Source: an uncultured Rivularia sp. (GTDB lineage Bacteria; Cyanobacteriota; Cyanobacteriia; Cyanobacteriales; Nostocaceae). From it: DNA of 64,000 nt. The stretch lies in contig OY762007.1 of NCBI GenBank assembly GCA_963665115.1, forward strand, positions 7,616,001-7,680,000. The letters are read 5' to 3'. The translations under genes and the position numbers were made by a program. How positions within the stretch are numbered: the first letter of the stretch is position 1; the number at the start of each line of letters is the position of its first letter. The notes under the pieces were generated by a model. The model made no database searches. It was given only the letters and a program-made list of their open reading frames with translations, and had not been told where the DNA came from. This document shows positions 32,436-41,161 of this stretch, one piece after another.

Positions 32436-35186
32436 TCACTGATTCTTCAAAGAAGCTACCAGTTGACGTGCAAATGCGGAAATTGCTTCATATTTATCTT
32501 CATGACTTTCCATAAATTGATTTCTGGCTGTTTGCTCGTTGGGATTATTGGCTACCACTGCTAATTGCTCGTAACCGGGATAGTAGCGACAAAAGCTGTA
32601 AATTCCGTTGTCGTCTAATAACCATTGACTGTAAACTCCTTCTTTTCGCGGGAAGAAACTTTCTGATGCATTTCTACTTATTATGTCGCGAGGATATTTT
32701 AAAATGCTTTCAAAACTATCTACTGCAACTGGCTGAATTCTTCCTATTAATCTAGTAGTTAAATTTTGTAAAATCTTTGATGCTGCTTTGGATTTGGCTA
32801 TGGTATCGGGGTCTTGGGCTGATAGAATAACTCTGATTCCTGCTTTGGCACCATTCGCGCAAATTCTGCCTACTAAATCGGCAATTTGGTCGAATTCAAA
32901 TAAAATCGGCGCTTCATCGATGAAAAATATCGATGCTGGGCTACTCAAAGCTCTTCTCAATGCTGCCGAATATGCACTCAAAGATAATACCGCAGCATCT
33001 TCACTATCTGATAAATTCCTTAATGCAAATACTAAAAGTTGTGCATCGGTGGGAAAACTTGATGGCGCGGAAATTGCTTGTCCAACTCTACTGGATAACC
33101 AAAATCTCAACCGTAAATCAATCTGGCTCAATGCATCTTCTATTCTGCCACCCTGAGTTTCTAAATTTAAATGCTCTGGCGCACAAAATGTGAGAAAATC
33201 TTTTAAGGTGGGGGTTTTCTGCCAAGCTGTAGAACCAAATCCGTCATTTATCGCATCCTGATATCTCTTCCTAATTCCGTCATCGCTGAAGAATGCATTT
33301 AACGCTAAGTTAATTACAGAGCGCACTGTCTGAGTTAAAAGTTGACTTTCACTAGAAGAACCCAATATCATCGTCATCAAAGCTGACTCTAAGAAAGCAA
33401 CGTAATCTCCAAATCTATCTTTCTGCTCCTCATAACTCAAAGCCCTTAAATCTGGCTGTTCAAATAAATTGTTCGATTGTTTGGAAATATCGAAGTAAGC
33501 TCCCCAATCTTCCATAAATTCGGTGTAGTCGGTGAAGGTGGAAGTACCGTCTGGTTTGGGGAAATCCAAGGCTATTACGGGAATATTATGAGCCAAAGCT
33601 TGAGTCAATATTCCCGAAACCAATACCGATTTACCGGCGCGAGTCGTGGCGAATAAAGCTAAATTTTTATGCTGGTTAAATAAATCCAACTGTATCGGTG
33701 TTCCCCCTTCTTCGGCGATTAATTCAAAACCTCTGCCGTCACCTTCCCTAGTTTTTACTAAGGGAATTAAACCAGGCACCTCGTTAGTTAAATAAAGCTG
33801 ACGACGATTAAAAGGTTTTGCGAGTAAACCTTCCCAGACAATTGGTAGAGTTTGCAGCCAAATTTTCCAAGCATATTCGGTTTCTCTTATTACTTGCGCT
33901 GGGCGTTGAAAACTGTTTTCGATATATCTGGCAGCTTCATCCAATTTCTCAACGCTGTCGCGATGCACCAATATGACATTACTCGTGTAAATTGGTACGG
34001 CACCCTCATAAATCTGTTCTTGCGCCGCTACCGATTTTCTTAACTTTAACTGAGCGCCGACATCAATGGTTTTACTTTTCTCTTCTGCTAACCTTGCTGT
34101 CATATTAGATTGCTTCAAAACCCTTTGCAGAGTAGTTTTCACAATTGCCGGATTTGCCGCAGTCAACTGACAAAATATCTCCGTATCGACAACAGTTTCC
34201 CTGGCAATCAATTCCCAAAGGTAGCGTAATTGAGATGATTTATTTTGCCAGCCTCCGGGTTTTTCCAGAAAAGTCAACGCACCCACGTATCGATTGTTAA
34301 CGTTAACCCAACTTCTATCCGCACAGGGTACATCTTTTTCCATCAGCAAAGTTGTGCTGTGGAGATTATCAATTAACAACTTTGTACTGGCTAAGTCAGA
34401 ATAAACCTGCTCGTGCAATCCATTATCATCCAAAGTTACCAATTGAGGAATATCTATAGGTAAAGTATCGTTAAACCTGCGCCAAATTTCACCCCAAAGC
34501 TGATTTGCATTCATGGGCTTAATATCCAAACCCATCTTGTTAGATAAAATTTGCTCCCAACGACGAAAACCTTGTTTATAAGCGCTTCTAACTACAGTTT
34601 CGATCCGCTGATGCTGGCTAGCACTTAAATTACCTTTAAAATTAGACCACAATTTTTCACCCTTTACTAGCAGCCTTTCTATCCAATCTTCGGTATTGGT
34701 GCTATCAGGTTCGACGGTATAGGTAACGTAAATTTTTAAAAATTTAGGCTTGCGAATCCCGCTTTGAGTTAATTCTTTGACTCTAGCACGTTCCGCCATC
34801 AATAAATATTTGATATTTGGGGAAGCAGCTTGTTTAACTAAACTTGCTAATTCTTGCTGTCTTCGAGTTTCCGAAGTGAAGGAACCTAAATGAAACGTTA
34901 GCTTTTCACCACCAGGAATATCTTTTAAACCAGCTTCAATATTATTACAAATAGTATCAATTTGTTCCGGTCTTAAAGTCGTATGAATGCCCCGACAATC
35001 GAAACCGAAAACAAAACAAAAACTGTCTTTTTTATTAGCCTTATTTAAAATATAGCCACCAACATCTCGACCATCAAGAGATATCCTTAACATCGTCGCC
35101 AGATGTAAAGCATCCTCAAAAGGAGTTAATCGAACCGAACTACCTGCGACGTTTGCTACGCTTTTTTTGCCGATTTTTGGCTTCAT
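32436..35186 (-). CDS. virB4: VirB4-like T4SS ATPase
   Basis: 916 aa; Walker A-like NLALFATTRAGKS, Walker B IFFIDEAP, ILSAQDP and ILQNL motifs. Confidence 0.85.
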   Translation of the reverse strand: MKPKIGKKSVANVAGSSVRLTPFEDALHLATMLRISLDGRDVGGYILNKANKKDSFCFVFGFDCRGIHTTLRPEQIDTICNNIEAGLKDIPGGEKLTFHLGSFTSETRRQQELASLVKQAASPNIKYLLMAERARVKELTQSGIRKPKFLKIYVTYTVEPDSTNTEDWIERLLVKGEKLWSNFKGNLSASQHQRIETVVRSAYKQGFRRWEQILSNKMGLDIKPMNANQLWGEIWRRFNDTLPIDIPQLVTLDDNGLHEQVYSDLASTKLLIDNLHSTTLLMEKDVPCADRSWVNVNNRYVGALTFLEKPGGWQNKSSQLRYLWELIARETVVDTEIFCQLTAANPAIVKTTLQRVLKQSNMTARLAEEKSKTIDVGAQLKLRKSVAAQEQIYEGAVPIYTSNVILVHRDSVEKLDEAARYIENSFQRPAQVIRETEYAWKIWLQTLPIVWEGLLAKPFNRRQLYLTNEVPGLIPLVKTREGDGRGFELIAEEGGTPIQLDLFNQHKNLALFATTRAGKSVLVSGILTQALAHNIPVIALDFPKPDGTSTFTDYTEFMEDWGAYFDISKQSNNLFEQPDLRALSYEEQKDRFGDYVAFLESALMTMILGSSSESQLLTQTVRSVINLALNAFFSDDGIRKRYQDAINDGFGSTAWQKTPTLKDFLTFCAPEHLNLETQGGRIEDALSQIDLRLRFWLSSRVGQAISAPSSFPTDAQLLVFALRNLSDSEDAAVLSLSAYSAALRRALSSPASIFFIDEAPILFEFDQIADLVGRICANGAKAGIRVILSAQDPDTIAKSKAASKILQNLTTRLIGRIQPVAVDSFESILKYPRDIISRNASESFFPRKEGVYSQWLLDDNGIYSFCRYYPGYEQLAVVANNPNEQTARNQFMESHEDKYEAISAFARQLVASLKNQ

Positions 35187-35500
35187 GGGTTACTTCTAAA
35201 AAGCTTTGATAACGTGCAATTCCCCTCGTCCACCTGGGGACACCAATAAACTTGCTTAAAAAGCGCCAACTTCTACCACCCGTTAATATCCACCAAGTCC
35301 CCATTCCCCAACCAGCAATTAAAACTGTCCACAACCACTTTTGAAAATCATCATCAAAAAAACCACCAAAAATTCCATTCACAATAAAGTAAGCAGCCAA
35401 AGCAATTACCGTCCAAGGAAATATTTGGTCTGCTGGAAGTGGTCCCTAATGAAGGTTGTGTTCCTAAAATTTGATTTACTGGTCTAAAGTCTTTATCCAT
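35140..35500 (-). CDS. Small two-TM protein (VirB3-like); one +1 frameshift at 35444-35446
   Basis: ATG 35500 MDKDFRPVNQILGTQPSLG joins PLPADQIFPWTVIALAAYF... after deleting one base (119 aa). Overlaps the virB4 start. Confidence 0.7.
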
Positions 35501-35650
35501 AAATCAATTATCAATTATCAACGATCAATTATCAATTATCAATTATACTTACATATTGCTCGGTGATAATTATTCACTGTTCCCTGTTCTTGAATTTAAA
35601 GTTATCAGTAGTATTCATTGATAATTGTTCATTGTTCATTGATAATTGAC

Positions 35651-36280
35651 CTAACTGCCAATAATAAATCCAGTTAATACATCGGCAACTATGACGGCGA
35701 TAACTACTAATAAAGGAGTTCTAACAATACTTTGCCAATCTTCGTCTTTACGAACTGCATTCACTACACTAATTAAAGAAATCGCAATGTAAAGTAGGAA
35801 AAGCGCCCGTAAAACGTTAAATACTAAACTGACAGCGGTATTAGTACCCGAATCATTGGAACCTTCAGTTAAAGTATTTTTGAAAAAATCTTCAGCTTTA
35901 CCGAAAAATTGCGCTTGCGCTGGCGCTGCAAAATAATCCAACCAAAACACTGTCAGAAGAAGTGCGATCGCCAAAATTTGCAGTCCGATCGTTTGACGTT
36001 TTGGTAAATTAAACCGCCAAGAAATTTGCTGTATTGTCACAGCAATTAAACTGCCGAAAATCAAGCAAAACAATAATATTGGACTGTGTAAACTGATAAC
36101 GCTTAAAAAAACCGCCCAGGTAATTAAAAATGGTACGGATTCTGTTAAAATAGCGCGGCAATTCTTAGCTACCCCAAACAGGTTATAAGACGCTTTTCTT
36201 AACTTGTTAACTAAAGCTTTGAAAAAACGTTTTGCGAGCAAAAAAATAATTGCACCCATTTGCTTTATTCCCGTCAACAT
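35651..36280 (-). CDS. Pilin-like (VirB2/TrbC-like) membrane protein, first gene of the T4SS operon
   Basis: Long hydrophobic leader ending AAPAQA-Q, then two hydrophobic helices separated by a short charged loop (RKDEDW). Confidence 0.55.
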   Translation of the reverse strand: MLTGIKQMGAIIFLLAKRFFKALVNKLRKASYNLFGVAKNCRAILTESVPFLITWAVFLSVISLHSPILLFCLIFGSLIAVTIQQISWRFNLPKRQTIGLQILAIALLLTVFWLDYFAAPAQAQFFGKAEDFFKNTLTEGSNDSGTNTAVSLVFNVLRALFLLYIAISLISVVNAVRKDEDWQSIVRTPLLVVIAVIVADVLTGFIIGS

Positions 36281-36709
36281 TATTTAACAGATTTATCTTA
36301 AACTGCATTCAGCAAAGATTTAATTCATCGCTATCTCAATTTAACACCAATTTGCCTAATTTTTCATCATCAACTTTAAAATGCTTATGTCTTAAAGTTC
36401 TGATTCTTCATTGTTCAACTATACAAAAAATGATCGTAGAAGTATTCAAAGTACTGCTATGCAAATAAATCCAGATATTTGACCCTACAAGTTTTCGCTT
36501 TTTTTCTCGTCAAACCCACGTCAAAAAGTACTCAGCATGATTTCTAACTAATAATTTGGCATTCGGGGTACTGAAGATGGCAAAATTATTTAATCAAATT
36601 ATACTACAAACTTTTTAAACCTGATTTACAACAACAAATTAGTAATAAGGTGTTGACAGAAAACTCATTATATGTAATCAAATCCATCTATTGTTTAAAG
36701 TATTAAGAT

Positions 36710-37786
36710 TTATAGATTTTCTTCAACAACAACAGGTTCGATTTTGAAAACTTCTGCACTCTTAGGATCGACAGTCACACGAATCCAATTAACTTCATCA
36801 GCGCCAAAAGTTTGAACGCGAGTAAAGTTGTTAATACCAGGTAATGGTCGATCTAGCAAATAAAAGTGAAAATCCCCATGAGCCAAAATTACAGGTCGTC
36901 CAAATTCTTGAACTTTTTCTGACAGTAGCTTCAGAAAACGATTGAAACCTGCCCGTTCTGGGTCGTCTTGTGCTAAATCGAATCTAGGATTAGCATGAAT
37001 CATAATAAAAATGCCGGGACTGTCAGCTTTCTCGGCAGCATCAAAAGTTGTTTCTAACCAGTTCACGGCAGCAGCTAAACGCTTGACAAATTCACCAGTA
37101 CGTTGTTCGCAAAGGACTCTATTACTAGCTGTTTCGCCTGCACACTCTTCTGGAGAAGTAGCTAGAACACCGTCTGTGTCTGTCTCACCAATACCCGACC
37201 AAAGTGCTAAATTATTATTGCTACCTACTACATGAATTGTGGAGAAAACGACTCTTTTCTGAATCCAGAGTTGATTTTCAACATAGTCTTCATAGCCTTT
37301 TAGCTTTGCTTGAGTCAGCACGCGCTCCATTCTACCAATAGTTGAGAAACCAGGTCTGGGATAGAAGATTTCTCGTAATTTTTCGAGTCGCTCGATGGGA
37401 TTATACTGACCGGCAGCAGTGCGATGACAGTCAGTCCATTCGTTATCCCCAAGAGTCAAAATAAAAGGCAATCTAAACTTCTGATATTGCTCAAGTCGTG
37501 CTTGAAAACGCTCATTAGAACATTCACTACTGCCAGCTTTAATATCACCAGCATGGAGGACAAAGCTTAGTTTTCTTTCTGCATTAACATCTTCAATTAA
37601 ATTATCAAATTTGCCAATATTATTGTCGCCATAAGGAACATCTCCGATTAGAGCAAATTCAAACTTCCCTCTACGTCTGACACGATTTTCTCCAGCAGTA
37701 GAATTTTTAATAAGTGTGAATGAACCTAATAAACTGAAAATAACTAAAATAGGTAAAAAAACAATTCTTAGCTTGCTTGAATACAT
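36710..37786 (-). CDS. Secreted calcineurin-like metallophosphoesterase
   Basis: Signal/anchor sequence; IGDVPY, HAGD, GDNEW, MIHA and HGDFH metal-binding motifs. Start taken at ATG 37786. Confidence 0.85.
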   Translation of the reverse strand: MYSSKLRIVFLPILVIFSLLGSFTLIKNSTAGENRVRRRGKFEFALIGDVPYGDNNIGKFDNLIEDVNAERKLSFVLHAGDIKAGSSECSNERFQARLEQYQKFRLPFILTLGDNEWTDCHRTAAGQYNPIERLEKLREIFYPRPGFSTIGRMERVLTQAKLKGYEDYVENQLWIQKRVVFSTIHVVGSNNNLALWSGIGETDTDGVLATSPEECAGETASNRVLCEQRTGEFVKRLAAAVNWLETTFDAAEKADSPGIFIMIHANPRFDLAQDDPERAGFNRFLKLLSEKVQEFGRPVILAHGDFHFYLLDRPLPGINNFTRVQTFGADEVNWIRVTVDPKSAEVFKIEPVVVEENL

Positions 37787-38018
37787 TGTTAAAACTCGCT
37801 CCCAATCAAGAAGTGGCCGGTAGAAATAAATAAAACACGAAACAAAGTACAAATTTACTTAGAAGCTTTTTCCGGCTTTTCTATTGTTTGATCGCTACGA
37901 TTATTTTCAACTTGGTTTACTTATCTTTTCAAAATAAAAAATAATTAAGGGATATTGCTATACAAGCCCCATATATTGTTGCATTTATAACTTTGTTGTT
38001 TTAAAGACTATCAACTTT

Positions 38019-38059
38019 AGTTTAATTATTTGTTTAGGAAAGGTTAATGTAAGATTAAA
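38019..38059 (-). promoter_or_regulatory. Putative SphR/PhoB Pho-box array
   Basis: Minus-strand octamers TTTAATCT, ATTAACCT, CTAAACAA and ATTAAACT at exact 11-bp period (consensus CTTAACCT). A perfect CTTAACCT also lies at 38183-38190. Located between two phosphatase genes. Confidence 0.6.
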
Positions 38060-38475
38060 TAATATCAATACTGTTTGCGATCGAGACAAACAGTTGTTAA
38101 AAGTTTCATCATACGGTCAATCGTAAAATTGTCAACGGTCTACTAAAATAAAATCAGCGATAGTTAACAAAACAATAATCTTAGGTTAAGAAAAAAGGGT
38201 TGTAAAGTTAAGGATGCATTATCATATACGATAAAACATGGCTTTCAGAAATTACAAAAAAAATTTGTATTACAAAAATTAAATTTCACTCTTTGAATAA
38301 AATTAGACTCAAATAAAAACACAAAATAAGTTGAATAAAAAATTGATTTAGTAGTAATCTGATAAACAGATAAAACAAAATGTGTTTGTTTTAGAGAAGA
38401 TTAAATTCCAGTTAAATTAATAGTTTTGACAACTAAAGAACTACGTGAAATCCTGTACGGAATCGGGGAAGAATT

Positions 38476-39924
38476 ATGCATTTATCACGACGGAAATTTT
38501 TTACCTTGGCAGCAACCAGTGCTGCTGGAACGGCACTATTGTCACCTTTAGAAGCTTTTTATGCTAGAGCTGCTCGCGGACAATCGGTTAAAGGAAAGGG
38601 CTATGGTTCGCTGCAACCTCAATTACCACAGAACGTCAGAGAATTGCCAGGGGAATATCAGAAGCCTTTGATTGCGCTTCCCCCACAATTTCAATACACT
38701 GCCTTTTCGATTAAAGGTCAGTCAATGACTGACGGCAATTTGGTTCCCGGCGATCACGATGGGATGGAGGCTTTTCCAGGACCGGGAGGATTAGTATATT
38801 TAGTCCGCAACCACGAACTTAGCCCGAATGAAGACGAGTTTCCCACAGTTGTACCCGCAGGATATGGTTACGATCCTTTTGCTAACGGCGGTACTACAAC
38901 CCTAGTTATCGGACGCGATCGCCGACTAATTAAAGATATGGTTTCCTTGGGTGGTACCTATCGTAACTGTTCTGGCGGACCAACTCCTTGGAATACCTAT
39001 ATTACTTGCGAAGAAAATACCTCTAAGCCAGGGGATGTAGAACCTGAAGCTGTATCAGGAGATGATACCGATGGTGTGAATAGCGTCAGGCTTCCGGACC
39101 AAGATATAGTTTCCGTAGCTCACGGTTACAACTTTGAAGTAGACCCGAAAAAAGGTTTAGTTAAAGCCGAACCAATCAAAGCGATGGGTCGTTTTAACCA
39201 CGAGGCGATCGCCGTTGACTCTAGAACAGGTATTGTTTATCAGACTGAAGATAGAGGCGATAGCGTCTTTTACCGCTATGTTCCCAACGAACCAGGTAAT
39301 TTACTTGCTGGTGGTTCGCTTGAAGCTCTGGGAATTCAAGGAAAACCGGGAATCGAAACCGCTGTTGGTTTTCCGCTAAACACTCCATTTCCCGTGGTAT
39401 GGATTCCGCTTGAGGATGTAGAATCTCCTGAAGACGATCTTCGCAAACAAGCTGCCGACAAAGGAGCAGCAATATTTACTCGTGGAGAAGGAATGACTTT
39501 CGATCCTGTAAATGGGGAAGTATTTTTCTGCTGTACGAATGGTGGTGAAAAAAAACTCGGTCAGATTTGGCGCTACGTCCCTGATGAAACTAATGAAACT
39601 GGTGGTACCATCGAACTCTTCGTTGAACCTAACGACCAAGAACTGTTAGATGCGCCCGATAACATTACCGTGTCTCCTTTCGGAGATTTATTCACCTGCG
39701 AAGATGGCTCAGGAACTGACCGGCTCGTTGGTATTACTCCCGACGGGTTGCTCTACGAATTTATTCAGAACAACATAAACAATAATGAGCTTGCTGGTGT
39801 AACTTTCTCCCCAGACGGTCAGACAATGTTTTTCAATATCCAAGACCCCGGTATTACCTTTGCTGTTTGGGGTCCGTGGCAGAAAGTAGCTCAACTAAGT
39901 AGGCATAGAGCTAGGCTTGGTTAA
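38476..39924 (+). CDS. phoX: PhoX/DUF839 family alkaline phosphatase, Tat-exported
   Basis: SRRKFF signal; HDGM, VRNHE, NCSGG.TPW.TYITCEE, GRFNHEA, RGEG, PDN and CED motifs. Confidence 0.9.
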   Translation: MHLSRRKFFTLAATSAAGTALLSPLEAFYARAARGQSVKGKGYGSLQPQLPQNVRELPGEYQKPLIALPPQFQYTAFSIKGQSMTDGNLVPGDHDGMEAFPGPGGLVYLVRNHELSPNEDEFPTVVPAGYGYDPFANGGTTTLVIGRDRRLIKDMVSLGGTYRNCSGGPTPWNTYITCEENTSKPGDVEPEAVSGDDTDGVNSVRLPDQDIVSVAHGYNFEVDPKKGLVKAEPIKAMGRFNHEAIAVDSRTGIVYQTEDRGDSVFYRYVPNEPGNLLAGGSLEALGIQGKPGIETAVGFPLNTPFPVVWIPLEDVESPEDDLRKQAADKGAAIFTRGEGMTFDPVNGEVFFCCTNGGEKKLGQIWRYVPDETNETGGTIELFVEPNDQELLDAPDNITVSPFGDLFTCEDGSGTDRLVGITPDGLLYEFIQNNINNNELAGVTFSPDGQTMFFNIQDPGITFAVWGPWQKVAQLSRHRARLG

Positions 39925-40083
39925 TTCTTAAATCTTTGTGATGTTTGAAGTCGGGATAATCTTTCCATTAACGCGCCCTTATGTGGGTTATGGAATTTTA
40001 TTTCCCTGTTTTTTGATCTTAAAAGCGGTACCCCTATAGGGAGTCGCGTGCGGCTATTGCATTAATTTTGTAAGGATACAATT

Positions 40084-41076
40084 ATGGATTTCATGGATTT
40101 TTGGAATGATTTCGTCGCTTATGTCAGGAACTCTTTTAACGATGCTTTAGACGATTATCAACAGACTATAGACAATCAAATGGATGATGTCGGCGATAAT
40201 CCTACCGAAGCTGACGAAAGTACCAATCCTATGGATGGCATAGGAGATGAAGTTAATAGCGACGACAATCAAACGGATAATGTCGGCAATAACCTCAGCT
40301 CCGGTAATGAAGATACCAATAATCTTATAGGTGGTTTGGGAGACGACTTGCTTGAAGGTGACGAAGGTGACAATTTCCTCGACGGTGGTATTGGCAACGA
40401 TGTCCTTAATGGCGGTGATGGTGACGATTTCCTTCTCGGTGGATCTGGCTTTGGCGGTGACGGTAACGACAACCTAAATGGCGGTAATGGAAATGACGAG
40501 CTTTTAGGCGAAGCTGGTAATGACGTTCTCAATGGTGACAGCGGAGAAGACATCCTCAACGGTGGTGAGGGTAACGATAACCTAAATGGTGGTTCAGGCG
40601 ACGACCAACTCAGCGGCTTATTTGGCTCGGATATCCTCAACGGTGAAGAAGGTGAGGATCTCCTCAATGGTGGTGAGGGTGACGATATCCTTAATGGTGG
40701 TGAAGACGCTGATAACCTGTTTGGTAATGCGGGTAATGACATCCTCAACGGTGGTGAAGGTGATGATTTGCTCGCCGGTGGTTTGGGTACCGATATCTTA
40801 ACTGGTGGTGAAGGAAGCGATCGCTTTGTGATCTCACCCGAAGAAGGAACTGACACTATCCTTGACTTTGTAAAAGGTGAGGATTCCTTGGTTTTAACTC
40901 AATTTATCGAAAATTTTGAATTTGACCAACTTGAAATTACTGGTTCGGCTGATGGTAGTGGTAGTACAATCTCGATTACTAGCACTGGCGAACAGTTAGC
41001 TTCTCTCATTGGAGTTGAGGCAAGCGAACTCGAAGTGGGAGATTTTGAGATTACAAATCAACTTATGCTTGGTTGA
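40084..41076 (+). CDS. RTX/hemolysin-type calcium-binding repeat protein
   Basis: Long run of GGxGxDxLx nonapeptides; C-terminal DTILDF...GED.L motif; very acidic. Confidence 0.9.
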   Translation: MDFMDFWNDFVAYVRNSFNDALDDYQQTIDNQMDDVGDNPTEADESTNPMDGIGDEVNSDDNQTDNVGNNLSSGNEDTNNLIGGLGDDLLEGDEGDNFLDGGIGNDVLNGGDGDDFLLGGSGFGGDGNDNLNGGNGNDELLGEAGNDVLNGDSGEDILNGGEGNDNLNGGSGDDQLSGLFGSDILNGEEGEDLLNGGEGDDILNGGEDADNLFGNAGNDILNGGEGDDLLAGGLGTDILTGGEGSDRFVISPEEGTDTILDFVKGEDSLVLTQFIENFEFDQLEITGSADGSGSTISITSTGEQLASLIGVEASELEVGDFEITNQLMLG

Positions 41077-41161
41077 TTGAGGAAGCAAGAACTGTCGTTT
41101 TGCTCTAAGGGGCTTCTTCTGACGTTTTTTCAATAGTAAATAAGCGGCAGGGGTAAAATAA

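Noticed and set aside
26135..36280. Intact integrative conjugative element or integrated plasmid
   Set aside because: No integrase, relaxase, coupling protein, replication gene, flanking tRNA or att-like direct repeats were seen, and the region carries host-type repeats.
40269..40856. 195-aa Ser/Pro-rich ORF on the minus strand
   Set aside because: It is the antisense shadow of the GGxGxD repeats of the RTX gene.
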